DNA of 64,000 nt from Candidatus Saccharimonadia bacterium (GTDB taxonomy: Bacteria; Patescibacteriota; Saccharimonadia; UBA4664): the NCBI GenBank assembly GCA_035544015.1, contig DATKIP010000076.1, positions 299-64,298 of the forward strand. Direction: 5' to 3'. Position 1 is the first letter of the stretch; the number at the start of each line of letters is the position of its first letter. Positions 1 through 9,516 of this stretch are shown piece after piece. The notes under the pieces were generated by a model. It ran no database searches. It saw nothing but the letters and a program-made list of their open reading frames with translations, and was not told the origin of the DNA. A program made the position numbers and the translations under genes.

Positions 1-20
1 AAGCCCTTTCGACAGCTACA

Positions 21-845
21 ATGAGCCTCGGATTTATTCGTCCGTCTAGCATAGTGGCCTGCGACCACTCCGACTTCAACGGCCTCATGGCCTTCGTCGG
101 TGCCGTCCAAACCCATCGCGGCCGAGCCATTCCCTGCCTGGTCGAAACAACGTACTCGCCGCGTTTGCCGGCGCGCGGCGATGATATACCGATACGCAAG
201 CGAAAACTGCGTCAGGCGTATCGCCAGCAGGGCTACAATCTGTACGACCAAGCCGAAATGGCTCTTGAGGACTTTGCGGACAAGCTCGGATTTTGGCCGC
301 GGCTGGTGTTCGACCGTGGGTTTGGAGGCAAGCACTTCGTGCATACTTTAATGCGACATAAAGCCATATTCTACATCCGGCTCAAGGCTCGACGATTCGT
401 AGATTTCGGAGTAGAGCACGTGCGAGTGAGCGAACTGACCAGCTTAGACGAGCAGGTTCAGCTGGATGGTATGAAGTTGCGGATTGTCCGCAGCGACGAC
501 CCCGAAACGGGTGAACCCTGGTACATTTTGACTTCAGATATGGGCAGCCGGCGGCAGAAAATCGTCCGAATCTACTACCGCCGGTTTGAGATTGAAGAGA
601 CATTTAAGGATCTCAAGCACATCCTCGACCTCGACCAATCCAAGCTCAACCGGCCGCTCAGTCTCAAAGTGGTATTGTGGTTTACAAGTTTGAGCGTGAT
701 TTTGTCATTTCTGGTCGGTTGGTGGACCCGAAAACCAGACAAAACACGACATACCAAGAAGACTCTGTCGTGGTTTCGGCAATTCTTTGAGGCTCTGGAG
801 AGGGAAATGTTGCAACCAGCCTGTCAGGTGATTACGGGAGGGTGA
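21..845 (+). CDS. IS4-family (DDE) transposase, probably the 3' part of an IS element truncated by the window edge
   Basis: The translation carries a DDE-transposase-like segment (FDRGF...YRRFEIEETFKDLK) typical of the IS4/IS701 C-terminal catalytic region. The ORF runs from the window start. The terminal inverted repeat was not identified. Confidence 0.7.
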   Translation: MSLGFIRPSSIVACDHSDFNGLMAFVGAVQTHRGRAIPCLVETTYSPRLPARGDDIPIRKRKLRQAYRQQGYNLYDQAEMALEDFADKLGFWPRLVFDRGFGGKHFVHTLMRHKAIFYIRLKARRFVDFGVEHVRVSELTSLDEQVQLDGMKLRIVRSDDPETGEPWYILTSDMGSRRQKIVRIYYRRFEIEETFKDLKHILDLDQSKLNRPLSLKVVLWFTSLSVILSFLVGWWTRKPDKTRHTKKTLSWFRQFFEALEREMLQPACQVITGG

Positions 846-928
846 GCAAGTGAGGGTGGGTCAGACGAGGGATTTTGACAATTGCAGAAATTATATTATT
901 ATAACAAAACGTACGTCCCTACATCGAG

Positions 929-1612
929 ATGGAGTGGCACATGACCACGAGTACGCGCACCCCCTTATCGCCGGCCGCACTGCGAGTGTGGGGCGACCTG
1001 CTCCGCGCCGCCAACGGCGTCGAGCAGCCGGGCCACGCGGTCTTCCAGAAGCTGCTCGACTTCGGCTTCCAGCCGGCGGACCTGCCGGCCACGATTGGCG
1101 AGTTCGTGGCCAAGGTGGTCGGCGGCGAGCTGGGCCGTGACCTCGGCCCACTGCAGCAGGGTCTGGCCGCCGCCCGGGCCCTCACCCCGGAGGAGCTCAC
1201 CGCCCGCGTCGACGCGCGCCACCAGCGGCAGCTCGAGGACTATCGGCAGCAGCTCACCGAGCTGAACGAGGCCCGGTCCCGGCTGCAGAAAATCACGGCC
1301 GCCGAACCGCCGACCCCCGAGCCGGGCGACCCCACCACGGTCGTGTTCCTGTACACCACCTGGGAGCAGGCGCTCGGGCACGCCCGGGGAATCGTGCGGG
1401 AGCTCGAGGAGGCGCTCCCGGCCTCCGAGCCGGTTCGGCAGAGCGAGGCCGCCTACGAGGAGGCGCTCGTCCACCGGCTGGAGGAGGACCTCCGCGCCAA
1501 CGAGTACCAGAACACCCAGACCGCCATGGGCTGGGCCACGGCCTACCAGAACGCCCTGGCCATCGCAGCCTGGGTCCTCACCCTCAAGCTCGATGACGGC
1601 GGAGCCGACTGA
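929..1612 (+). CDS. hypothetical protein (orphan ORF, about 70% GC, immediately after the IS fragment)
   Basis: Long ORF with a strong GC3 skew and no recognisable motif. An equally long antisense ORF (965..1708) exists, so the strand call relies on neighbour orientation. Confidence 0.4.
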   Translation: MEWHMTTSTRTPLSPAALRVWGDLLRAANGVEQPGHAVFQKLLDFGFQPADLPATIGEFVAKVVGGELGRDLGPLQQGLAAARALTPEELTARVDARHQRQLEDYRQQLTELNEARSRLQKITAAEPPTPEPGDPTTVVFLYTTWEQALGHARGIVRELEEALPASEPVRQSEAAYEEALVHRLEEDLRANEYQNTQTAMGWATAYQNALAIAAWVLTLKLDDGGAD

Positions 1613-1698
1613 ACAACCCATCCTGTCCGCCCTAGCGGCGCCTCCCCACACCCGGGGAGGCGCCGCTCGACACGTTAAATCCCTGCTACAATAGCCCC

Positions 1699-2256
1699 AT
1701 GATTGCAACTCTGCGTGGCGTCGTCACCGAAAAGCTCGAAACCAGCCTCGTACTCGAAGCGGGCGGCGTCGGCTACGAATTATTCGTCACGGTCGACGAA
1801 TGGGGGAGTGCCGAGCTTGGTGCCGTGGCCACGTATTACATCTCCGAGCAAATTCGCGAAGATGCGCACAATCTCTACGCCTTTAGCGCCCGCGCCTCCA
1901 AGCAACTCTTCGCCCAACTCATCGCCGTCAACGGCGTCGGCCCCAAAGTGGCGCTGCAAATTCTCTCGGCCGCCGGCGAATCGCGCCTTCGCCAAGCCAT
2001 TAACTCCAACGACCCCGCACTGCTCAAGGGCATCACCGGCGTCGGTCCCAAAACCGCCCACCGCGTCATCATGGAGCTGCGCGGTAAAGTAGAGGAGGGG
2101 AGCGCCGGCCTCGCGCCGGTGGCCGACCCCACCTACCAGGGCCTCGTGGCGCTCGGTTACACGCCCGCGCAGGCCACCGCCGCCGTCGCGCAGATTCCCG
2201 CCGACATCTCAGGTGACCAATCCCGCCTCAAAGCCGCCCTCAAGCAGGTCAAATAA
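1699..2256 (+). CDS. ruvA: Holliday junction branch-migration protein RuvA
   Basis: N-terminal OB-fold region (MIATLRGVV...GVGYEL). Tandem HhH motifs (NGVGPKVALQIL and GITGVGPKTAHRVIMEL). C-terminal RuvB-interaction domain. Confidence 0.9.
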   Translation: MIATLRGVVTEKLETSLVLEAGGVGYELFVTVDEWGSAELGAVATYYISEQIREDAHNLYAFSARASKQLFAQLIAVNGVGPKVALQILSAAGESRLRQAINSNDPALLKGITGVGPKTAHRVIMELRGKVEEGSAGLAPVADPTYQGLVALGYTPAQATAAVAQIPADISGDQSRLKAALKQVK

Positions 2257-2679
2257 ATGCCGGTACCAATCCTCAAAGTCGCCGCCAAAGCCGTCATCCT
2301 AGACCCCGCCGGCCAAGTGCTCATCCTGCGCGAAGGCCCGGCCGGCGACGGCAACACTAATGTCGGCCGCTACCAACTACCCGGCGGCAAGCTCGAACCC
2401 GGCGAGGCCTTCGCCGACGGCTTGGCGCGCGAGATCAAAGAGGAGACCGGCCTCACCGTCGAGGTCATCCGGCCGCTGCATGTCGGCGAGTGGCGGCCGC
2501 ATGTCCATGGCCAAACCCTGCAGATTGTTGGTATATTTATGCTCTGCCGCACCGAGGTTACAGACATTACCCTCAGCGACGAACACGACGATCATCAATG
2601 GATCGATCCCGCCCAGCGTCACCATTACGACCTCATGCCCCCGGAAGACGCCGTGATCGATCAGCTTATATCAGAATAG
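2257..2679 (+). CDS. NUDIX hydrolase
   Basis: Nudix box GGKLEPGEAFADGLAREIKEETGL, matching GX5EX7REUXEEXGU. Confidence 0.85.
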   Translation: MPVPILKVAAKAVILDPAGQVLILREGPAGDGNTNVGRYQLPGGKLEPGEAFADGLAREIKEETGLTVEVIRPLHVGEWRPHVHGQTLQIVGIFMLCRTEVTDITLSDEHDDHQWIDPAQRHHYDLMPPEDAVIDQLISE

Positions 2680-2716
2680 ACGCCAGCTACCCCCGTACGG
2701 TACGCTAAACACACCC

Positions 2717-3442
2717 ATGTCACCCAAGCCATCAGCCCCCAACCCTAGCGCCCGCCGCCTCCTCGACGCCCTCAGTATCGTCGCCAATGTTTCGGCTGTC
2801 GTCGGCGTGTTTCAGAACAAGTCGCATATCATTATCATTATCGCCGCCTCCCTGGCGCTTGCGACCGGCGCATACCTGCTGATCGGGCGCTGGGGCAAGC
2901 CGCTCGGTCGCCAAGCCGCCTTCGTCATCCTCATGATGCTCGCGGGCAGTTCCACGCTGGCCGTCTCCATCGACCGCCTCGTTCTCGGCACGCCGTCTCA
3001 GCCCATTTTCGGCCCCCCAGCGAGCCCCACGCCGTCGGTCGCTCCCAGTTCTTCCCCCAGTCCCACGCCCAAACCCCTCTTCAGCGGCGCCATCACGCTC
3101 ACTAGCGGAGACGCCATCGACCTCGAAGCCGGCGGACGGATCACGCCCAATCAATCCCTCGCCACCGGCTCAAATGACCTATTCCTCAATGACACCAACG
3201 GCCTCGCCGCCAACGCCGACCACGCCGACTTTTACAGCGCGACCAACACATCCGAAAGCGAGGCCTATGCCCGCTGTGTATATCTCATTACCAACGACAA
3301 ATACCGTTCACTTGGTGCGTATTATGTGAGCGCCAACGACCAATATTGTTTCAAAACCTCCGACGGCCACATCGCCTGGTTTCGCAGCGTTCAGTCCGAA
3401 ACCCACAAGAAAGTTTTGAGCATTCGCGTTTGGGATAAATAA
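2717..3442 (+). CDS. hypothetical membrane-anchored protein with a Pro/Ser/Thr-rich linker
   Basis: N-terminal hydrophobic segments, a PSPTPSVAPSSSPSPTP linker, and a C-terminal globular part with Cys residues. Confidence 0.55.
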   Translation: MSPKPSAPNPSARRLLDALSIVANVSAVVGVFQNKSHIIIIIAASLALATGAYLLIGRWGKPLGRQAAFVILMMLAGSSTLAVSIDRLVLGTPSQPIFGPPASPTPSVAPSSSPSPTPKPLFSGAITLTSGDAIDLEAGGRITPNQSLATGSNDLFLNDTNGLAANADHADFYSATNTSESEAYARCVYLITNDKYRSLGAYYVSANDQYCFKTSDGHIAWFRSVQSETHKKVLSIRVWDK

Positions 3443-3534
3443 TCCGGCCCCACCCACCCGTTGCATATTCGCTTTTTGTTCGGTATAATGGACTCAGTCC
3501 ATAAGATATACTGACATTCAGAAGGGGTAGAAAT

Positions 3535-3783
3535 ATGTCTCTCACACGCGAAGACCTAGGCCAAATCCAAACCATCATCAACGATGCCACCAAGGGGCTG
3601 GCAACGCGAGAAGAGCTCAAGGCAGTCACTGCAAAGCTGGCTACCAAAGCCGATTTGAGGATAGAGCTCGATCGCATGGAGTCTCGGATCACCACTAGTA
3701 TGGGCTTGCTCGAACGCGACACCCTGAGCCGCCTCGACCAGCACGAAGCCCGCATCGCCCGACTGGAGCAGGCGCGCAGCTAG
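3535..3783 (+). CDS. small coiled-coil protein (hypothetical)
   Basis: 82 aa ORF with heptad-like charged repeats (DLRIELDRMESRITT...). Similar in style to the ORF at 56931..57200. Confidence 0.5.
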   Translation: MSLTREDLGQIQTIINDATKGLATREELKAVTAKLATKADLRIELDRMESRITTSMGLLERDTLSRLDQHEARIARLEQARS

Positions 3784-3853
3784 CCCCGCGCCACGCCAGG
3801 AATCTTCAACGCATCCCACTATCGATAGTAACCCGGTTTTTGGTAAGGTAATT

Positions 3854-4624
3854 TTGCGTAGTCATCCGAGTCCTGTAGGAGGACGCATGTCAGTAGGTCT
3901 GCTCGAACGCCCGGGTCCGGACGCCCTCCCGCGTCCCGAGACCTGGGCGGAATGGCTCACCGATCGCGCCGCCCGGCTCGAGGACTTTCTGCGCCGGCGC
4001 TCCGAGGAGCTGTTCGTCGGCGATCAGTTCGTCGCCCTGTGGCTCCCGGCTCGCCCGGGAATCACCTTCCACTACAAGTCCCGAGCCACGCTCGACCGGT
4101 TCAAGGAGGCGCCAGCCCCGCGGGCGGTCATCGCGGCCCATCGCCAGCAGTACGGCCTCACCGAGGCGGCCGCCCAGCTCCACTGGCGCGAGCTCATGCG
4201 CTACTTCGCCCTGGGCACCGTGTTCTCGTTCCCCTTCGGCATGACCTCGGAGGTGATCGACCACATCTGGCACGAGCTAGTGGAGCGCGACAACCACGGC
4301 GCGTGGGCTCGACAGGTCAGCCGCGTCGGCATCGGCCACCAACCCAGTGGCTCCGGCGACCCCGACCTCAACACCGACGGGCTCTTCCGGCTGGCCTACC
4401 GGCTGACCTTCAAGGAGGAGGCGCCGCATCACCTCTGGCCGCGCGATGGAGCATCATCGTGCTTCTTCTGTCCCAGCCCGGACGAGCCGGCGCCGCCTCG
4501 GCGACCGATCGAACCAGCTCCCTGGCCGTCGCAGTCGGCCGGCGAGGCGCTCTGCGGTCGCGTAAGCCGCGGGCTGACCAATGACTGGTGGCGGCACGTT
4601 CCGCCGCTTTCGGCCACGGCCTAG
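3854..4624 (+). CDS. hypothetical protein (GC-rich orphan; true start may be the internal Met near 3887)
   Basis: About 70% GC ORF between ruvA and ruvB with no recognisable motifs. Several antisense ORFs overlap it. Confidence 0.4.
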   Translation: MRSHPSPVGGRMSVGLLERPGPDALPRPETWAEWLTDRAARLEDFLRRRSEELFVGDQFVALWLPARPGITFHYKSRATLDRFKEAPAPRAVIAAHRQQYGLTEAAAQLHWRELMRYFALGTVFSFPFGMTSEVIDHIWHELVERDNHGAWARQVSRVGIGHQPSGSGDPDLNTDGLFRLAYRLTFKEEAPHHLWPRDGASSCFFCPSPDEPAPPRRPIEPAPWPSQSAGEALCGRVSRGLTNDWWRHVPPLSATA

Positions 4625-4735
4625 CCCATGCGGCCCGGCCCCTCGAGTGGGGGCCGGGCCGTAAAACCAACAAAATCACCAATCTCCTGCGGCGACCCCG
4701 GCCCCCAGATCGCTCGCGCCTGATACAATACTGGT

Positions 4736-5755
4736 ATGATCGAGCGCATCGTCAATCCCGAAGTCCCCGAATCGCCCGCGGCCGAGGCCGAAGAGCGGAC
4801 GCTCGAGACGTTGCGCCCCAAGTCCTTCGCCGCCTACGTGGGCCAAAACCTGCTCAAGCAAAACCTCAAACTCGCCATCGACGCCGCCAAGCACCGGGGC
4901 GAGCCGGTCGACCACATCCTGCTCTACGGCCCGCCCGGCCTCGGCAAAACCACCATGGCCGGCGTCATCGCCACCGAGCTGGGCGCCAATCTGCGCGTCA
5001 CGAGCGGCCCCGCCATCGAGCGCGCCGGCGACCTCGCCAGCCTCCTCACCAACCTGGCCGACGGCGATGTGCTGTTCATCGACGAGATCCACCGCCTCCC
5101 CAAAACCGTCGAAGAAGTGATGTACCCCGCCATGGAAGACTTCGGCCTCGACGTCATGCTCGGCAAGGGCCCGTCCGCCAAATCCATTCGCCTCGACCTC
5201 CCGCGCTTCACCATCATCGGCGCCACCACCCGCGCCGGCGCCCTCAGCGCCCCCCTGCGCGACCGTTTCGGCCATGTCCACCGGCTCGAGTACTACTCGC
5301 CACCCGAAATGATCGAGGTCATCGAGCGCGCCGCCGGCATCCTAGGCGTCAAGCTGGCTCGCGACGCCTCCGAAGAAATCTCCACCCGCGCCCGCCTCAC
5401 CCCGCGTATCGCCAATCGCCTCCTCAAGCGCGTGCGCGACTACGCGCAGGTCAACCAGGTCGACACTATCACGCGCAAAGAGGCCCGCGCCGCCCTCCAC
5501 CTCCTCGAAATTGATGACCTCGGCCTCGACAACGCCGACCGCCAGCTCCTCCAGGCCATCATCACCCACTACGCCGGCGGCCCGGTCGGCCTCACCACGC
5601 TAGCCGCCATCTGCTCCGAGGAAGCCACCACCATCGAGGACGTCTACGAACCCTACCTCATGCAAATCGGCATGCTTGAGCGCACCTCGCGCGGCCGCCG
5701 TGTCACCCCCAAAGCTTACACGCACCTCGGCCTCACCCCGCCGGCCGCACCGTGA
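4736..5755 (+). CDS. ruvB: Holliday junction DNA helicase RuvB
   Basis: AAA+ Walker A ([12 protein letters not shown]), Walker B ([10 protein letters not shown]), sensor regions and a C-terminal winged helix. Classic RuvB length. Confidence 0.93.
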   Translation: MIERIVNPEVPESPAAEAEERTLETLRPKSFAAYVGQNLLKQNLKLAIDAAKHRGEPVDHILLYGPPGLGKTTMAGVIATELGANLRVTSGPAIERAGDLASLLTNLADGDVLFIDEIHRLPKTVEEVMYPAMEDFGLDVMLGKGPSAKSIRLDLPRFTIIGATTRAGALSAPLRDRFGHVHRLEYYSPPEMIEVIERAAGILGVKLARDASEEISTRARLTPRIANRLLKRVRDYAQVNQVDTITRKEARAALHLLEIDDLGLDNADRQLLQAIITHYAGGPVGLTTLAAICSEEATTIEDVYEPYLMQIGMLERTSRGRRVTPKAYTHLGLTPPAAP

Positions 5756-6333
5756 AGCTCAAAAACGTCGAGTCAATCGCAAAATACGGCGGCATCATCG
5801 CCGTAGTATTTGAATGGTCGGCCTTGCTGTCTTTCTATCTCAGCCAACCGTCGGCTTTCAACGGTGCGCACCCCATCAGCTACTTCGCCTCATTACCGCA
5901 GACAAGATTCATCTTTAGTCTCTGTTACTGCGTTGCTGCCCTAAGCTTCTGGGTTTTTACCAAATACCATCTCAATAAATATTTGCAGACGCCCGTTAGA
6001 TTATTCACGGTGTCCATGCTCGGTTTTGCCGCCGTAGCTCTGTTGCCGTTCAATCCTGATAGCCGACTCTTAATGGGTCTACATAATTTCGCATTTCTCA
6101 TATTCGCAACCACATTCCTGGCCGGCATGTATCTAATGGCAAAACGTAGTAAAGATCGAGTATTTAGTACGGTGTCATTCGCACTTATAGCGTTGGGCTG
6201 CCTCTTGCTCGCGACGTTCGCGACGCTGCAAAGTACTTCGTTTGTCTTAATGAGTGAAGTTGGATGGGGGCTCGTCTGCCAATTATGGATATTATGGGTA
6301 AGTTACCATAGCTACCGGCTCGGACCTCGCTAA
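5752..6333 (+). CDS. hypothetical polytopic membrane protein (AT-rich codon usage)
   Basis: Five to six predicted TM segments. Local GC is about 47% against a roughly 60% background. The start overlaps the ruvB stop (GTGA). Confidence 0.55.
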   Translation: MKLKNVESIAKYGGIIAVVFEWSALLSFYLSQPSAFNGAHPISYFASLPQTRFIFSLCYCVAALSFWVFTKYHLNKYLQTPVRLFTVSMLGFAAVALLPFNPDSRLLMGLHNFAFLIFATTFLAGMYLMAKRSKDRVFSTVSFALIALGCLLLATFATLQSTSFVLMSEVGWGLVCQLWILWVSYHSYRLGPR

Positions 6334-6421
6334 CCCCCAACTCTCACGCCCGACCCTCACCGCGCACCCCAAACATTCGCCAAAATCTCGCTTCACCTGT
6401 ATCCTTCAGCCAGGAGCTCCA

Positions 6422-6850
6422 ATGAAGATCGACCACATCAACATCGTTGTCCGAGACCTCGATACCGCAGCAGATTTCTTCGCGGATATTGGCTTTGAGG
6501 TCATCAAACGAGACCAGCTCGAGGGACAGTGGATCGATCAAATAGTCGACTTGCGGGGCGTCAAAGCCGAGTTTATCGCCATGGCAATCCCCGGCGCCGA
6601 AACCAAGCTTGAGCTTATCCGCTACGACGCCCCGGCCGGGACCGGCGATCCTCTCATCGGCCAAGCCAATCAAATCGGACTCAGGCACCTGGCCTTCGAA
6701 GTAAAGGGCATCGAGGGCATAGTAGCGAAGCTTAAGTCGAAAAACGTGACATTCCTAAGTGATATCCAGGTCTATAACGTCACCAAAAAACTGTGCTATT
6801 TTTACGGACCGGAAGGTATTTTGCTCGAACTGGCAGAGTATTCCAAATAA
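6422..6850 (+). CDS. VOC family protein (glyoxalase/bleomycin-resistance/dioxygenase fold)
   Basis: MKIDHINIVVRDLDTAADFFADIGFEV is a typical VOC N-terminus. The protein is about 140 aa. Confidence 0.8.
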   Translation: MKIDHINIVVRDLDTAADFFADIGFEVIKRDQLEGQWIDQIVDLRGVKAEFIAMAIPGAETKLELIRYDAPAGTGDPLIGQANQIGLRHLAFEVKGIEGIVAKLKSKNVTFLSDIQVYNVTKKLCYFYGPEGILLELAEYSK

Positions 6851-6852
6851 GT

Positions 6853-7044
6853 ATGAGCAAACCCACCCTTACCCAAAACCTCGCCCATGCCGAAGCCATC
6901 AAGCGCGAGATGACAGAGCTGTTGCGCGAGCTCGAATCCCGCGCGACTGGCAAATCAGTGCCCGGCAAACCTGGCGGCTGGCGCCACCATCCCGTCGAGT
7001 GGGCGGCCCAAAACCTGTCCCAAACCCCGGTACCGCCTACTTAA
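6853..7044 (+). CDS. small hypothetical protein (possibly translationally coupled to the VOC gene)
   Basis: An ATG lies 3 nt after the VOC stop. The product is a 63 aa charged peptide. Confidence 0.3.
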   Translation: MSKPTLTQNLAHAEAIKREMTELLRELESRATGKSVPGKPGGWRHHPVEWAAQNLSQTPVPPT

Positions 7045-7324
7045 ACGGGTCGCTCTTGCCCAGATCGCCCACCGGCACGCCACCCTCCACCACATCCAGG
7101 CTCTTCACCGCGTCAATCGTCGCCTTGTCGAACACCACCTTCGTCGCCGGATTGGCCGTAGCCACCGGAGTAGGGTCGGGGCCAACATTGAGGGCCGCAT
7201 TCAGCACGTATGCGGTATACGCAAACACCCCCACCAGCGCCAGCCCAAAGATGTACGGCTGCAGCCGCCGCACGATCGGCAGCCACTTCTTAAAATCCAA
7301 ATCGAGCTTAAGGTTCATGTTCAT
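7037..7324 (-). CDS. small single-pass membrane protein at the distal end of the pilus operon (PilP-like?)
   Basis: N-terminal TM (FGLALVGVFAYTAYVL) followed by a periplasmic tail. It directly follows pilO. Confidence 0.45.
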   Translation of the reverse strand: MNMNLKLDLDFKKWLPIVRRLQPYIFGLALVGVFAYTAYVLNAALNVGPDPTPVATANPATKVVFDKATIDAVKSLDVVEGGVPVGDLGKSDPFK

Positions 7325-7875
7325 GGCTTTATATAGGCATTAAGTGCAATCGCGTACACGATCGGTTTTGATTTATCAGGCCGGCTAATGGCGAGGTTGG
7401 TGATGTTGGTGAAACGGTTGAGTTTCTCAACCTTGGCCGTAAAATTCTGCAATTGATCGTACGACCCCGACAGCTGAAAACTAATCGGCAGCGCCAGCAC
7501 CGTCCCGCTCTTCACCGTCTGCGAAGTCCCGGTGGGCAGACCCACGGGGCTGGGCATATTCACACTCGCAATCGCCAGCCCCTGCTGGGCCGCGATGTTT
7601 TGCAGCTGAGCCAAAATCTCGGTTTGCTTCTTGTCGCGCGGCAAGGCTTCGTCAAGCAGCGACAAAATCGGCACAATGTCGCGGTCGTATTGGCGTTTAA
7701 GCCGGCTGAGCGTCTCGATCTGCCGATCGGCGTCGGCCTGCGCCGCCAATCCCACCGAAAGTTGCTGCGAGCTAGCCGTCACTTGCTGCAAAGCAAAGTA
7801 GTAGCCCACCCCGGCCAGCAGCACCGTCCCGCCAAAAACCCCGAGCAATACCAAGAAAAACTGCTTCGGTTTCAT
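7321..7875 (-). CDS. pilO: type IV pilus assembly protein PilO
   Basis: N-terminal TM, coiled coil, and a PilO-like C-terminal domain. It sits after pilN with overlapping stop/start. Confidence 0.75.
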   Translation of the reverse strand: MKPKQFFLVLLGVFGGTVLLAGVGYYFALQQVTASSQQLSVGLAAQADADRQIETLSRLKRQYDRDIVPILSLLDEALPRDKKQTEILAQLQNIAAQQGLAIASVNMPSPVGLPTGTSQTVKSGTVLALPISFQLSGSYDQLQNFTAKVEKLNRFTNITNLAISRPDKSKPIVYAIALNAYIKP

Positions 7876-8417
7876 TTGGCTTGCCCCGGCTTAAACGCCA
7901 CCACCACACTGGTCTGATAACTGCCGCTGGTGTTGGAGCTGATCGTTTCCAGGTCGGCGTTGGCGATCCGCGGCGAGGTGATGAGCGCGTTGCGAAACGC
8001 CAGCGCGCCGGCGTAGCTGGCCGCCGTCACCGTGATCCGCACCGCCGTCTTGTCGTCGCCCGTGAGCGTCATGCTGTCGATCGACACCCCCTGCGGCACC
8101 ACCTTGGCGATATCCGCCACCACCGACGAAAACCGCGTCTGGCTCACCTGCACGTACTTGATCGCCGCCAGCCGGTCGCTCGCGTCCTTGGCCTTGGGCG
8201 TGAAGGTCTTGTTGAGAGCCGCAATCGTGGCCTGCTTTTCGGCCACATCATTCGCCACGGCGGTAGTTTGCTGGTGGAGCAGGTAGAGGCTGCCCGCAAA
8301 GATTACCCCGAGCACCACCGCCACCGCCACCGATGTCCGCACATACACAATTGCAATCCGGTTGAGCTTGGCGTAGCGAATCTGCTCTTTTTGATCGGGC
8401 GGCAAGAGGTTGATCAC
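7872..8417 (-). CDS. pilN: type IV pilus assembly protein PilN
   Basis: Characteristic MINLLP start, a single TM and a periplasmic domain. It overlaps pilM. Confidence 0.8.
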   Translation of the reverse strand: MINLLPPDQKEQIRYAKLNRIAIVYVRTSVAVAVVLGVIFAGSLYLLHQQTTAVANDVAEKQATIAALNKTFTPKAKDASDRLAAIKYVQVSQTRFSSVVADIAKVVPQGVSIDSMTLTGDDKTAVRITVTAASYAGALAFRNALITSPRIANADLETISSNTSGSYQTSVVVAFKPGQAK

Positions 8418-9469
8418 AGCTTGCCCTCCAGCCGCGCCAGCCCGATCGCCGAGGTGTACATGGGCGCGTCATACTTCGATACCGGCTCCACATGCTTCAT
8501 ATCGAGGCCCATCCACGGATCGGCCAGCACCACCGGCACGTTAATTTCCGCCGCCATATACTCCAAAAATCCCGGCATGCTGGCGCTGCCGCCGCCCACG
8601 ATGATCGCCTCAATCTTGCGCTTCTGAGCACCCCGGTCCTGGTAAAACTTCATCACCCGCCGCATCTCGTCGCACATCTTCTTCAGCGGCACGCCCAGAC
8701 TGGCCATCACTTTGGGCTGCAGTCCCGACGGCCCCAGCCCAAATTTATATTTAATTTCATTGGCCTGCTCGCGGCCCACTCCCAGGTCCTTCACGAGCTG
8801 CTGGGTGAGGCTGTCGCCCCCCAGTGGCACCGTATCGGTCAGCCGGATCACCTTGTCGTGCACCGTCAGGTCGATCGAGGTCGAGCCGATGTCGGCCACC
8901 AGCGTCGGCTTGCCCAGCTGCGTCGAGGCCACGATCGCGCGCGTCGTGGCTGCCATACTCGAATCTACCAGCGCCACCTCCAGCCCCAGCAGATCAAACA
9001 ATTTGATGTAGCTATCCACGATCGCCCGCGGCGCCGCTACCATCAGCACCTCATTGCGCTCGGCGCCCGCTTCGATCGTTTCGTAGTCGATGTAGAGGTC
9101 GGGCAGCGGCACCGGAATGTACTGCTCCGCCTCCAACCGCACCGCCTGCCCCAAATCCGCCGGGTTCATCGGCGGCAGCTCTAGCACGCGTGTAAACACT
9201 TTGGCCACCGGCAAGCTAGCCGCCACCCGCGTGGCCGTGATTTGGCCGTAGGTGGTTTTCTTGAGCAACGGCTTGATCGCTTTCACGATCTCCTGGGGGT
9301 CCACCACAATGCCTTCCACGATCGCGTCATCGGGGAATTGCGCGTAGCCGTAGCCCATCACCTCCATCGTTTTGCCGCTGGGCCGCAGCTGAATCATCTT
9401 GGCCGTGCGCGTTCCCAGATCAAACCCGAAAATCGGCCGTTCCCGGTACACCAAGGGCACCCGCATCAT
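8414..9469 (-). CDS. pilM: type IV pilus assembly ATPase-like protein PilM (actin/FtsA fold)
   Basis: FGFDLGTRTAKMIQL (phosphate-1 of the actin fold) plus downstream DIGSTSIDLTV and GGGS motifs. Confidence 0.85.
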   Translation of the reverse strand: MMRVPLVYRERPIFGFDLGTRTAKMIQLRPSGKTMEVMGYGYAQFPDDAIVEGIVVDPQEIVKAIKPLLKKTTYGQITATRVAASLPVAKVFTRVLELPPMNPADLGQAVRLEAEQYIPVPLPDLYIDYETIEAGAERNEVLMVAAPRAIVDSYIKLFDLLGLEVALVDSSMAATTRAIVASTQLGKPTLVADIGSTSIDLTVHDKVIRLTDTVPLGGDSLTQQLVKDLGVGREQANEIKYKFGLGPSGLQPKVMASLGVPLKKMCDEMRRVMKFYQDRGAQKRKIEAIIVGGGSASMPGFLEYMAAEINVPVVLADPWMGLDMKHVEPVSKYDAPMYTSAIGLARLEGKL

Positions 9470-9516
9470 ACTGATATAACCATAGCCATTATGCGTATTG
9501 TATCACTTTGCCCTTG

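Noticed and set aside
965-1708. 247-aa minus-strand ORF antisense to the 929..1612 ORF
   Set aside because: High-GC DNA produces long antisense ORFs. The product is a Gly/Arg/Leu-rich low-complexity translation, and there is no start context. It was kept only as a caveat on the strand call.
4588-5514. 308-aa Arg/Pro-rich ORF overlapping ruvB in another frame, plus antisense ORFs 4676..5281 and 4924..5229
   Set aside because: RuvB motifs are unambiguous in the 4736..5755 frame. The overlapping ORFs are composition artefacts.
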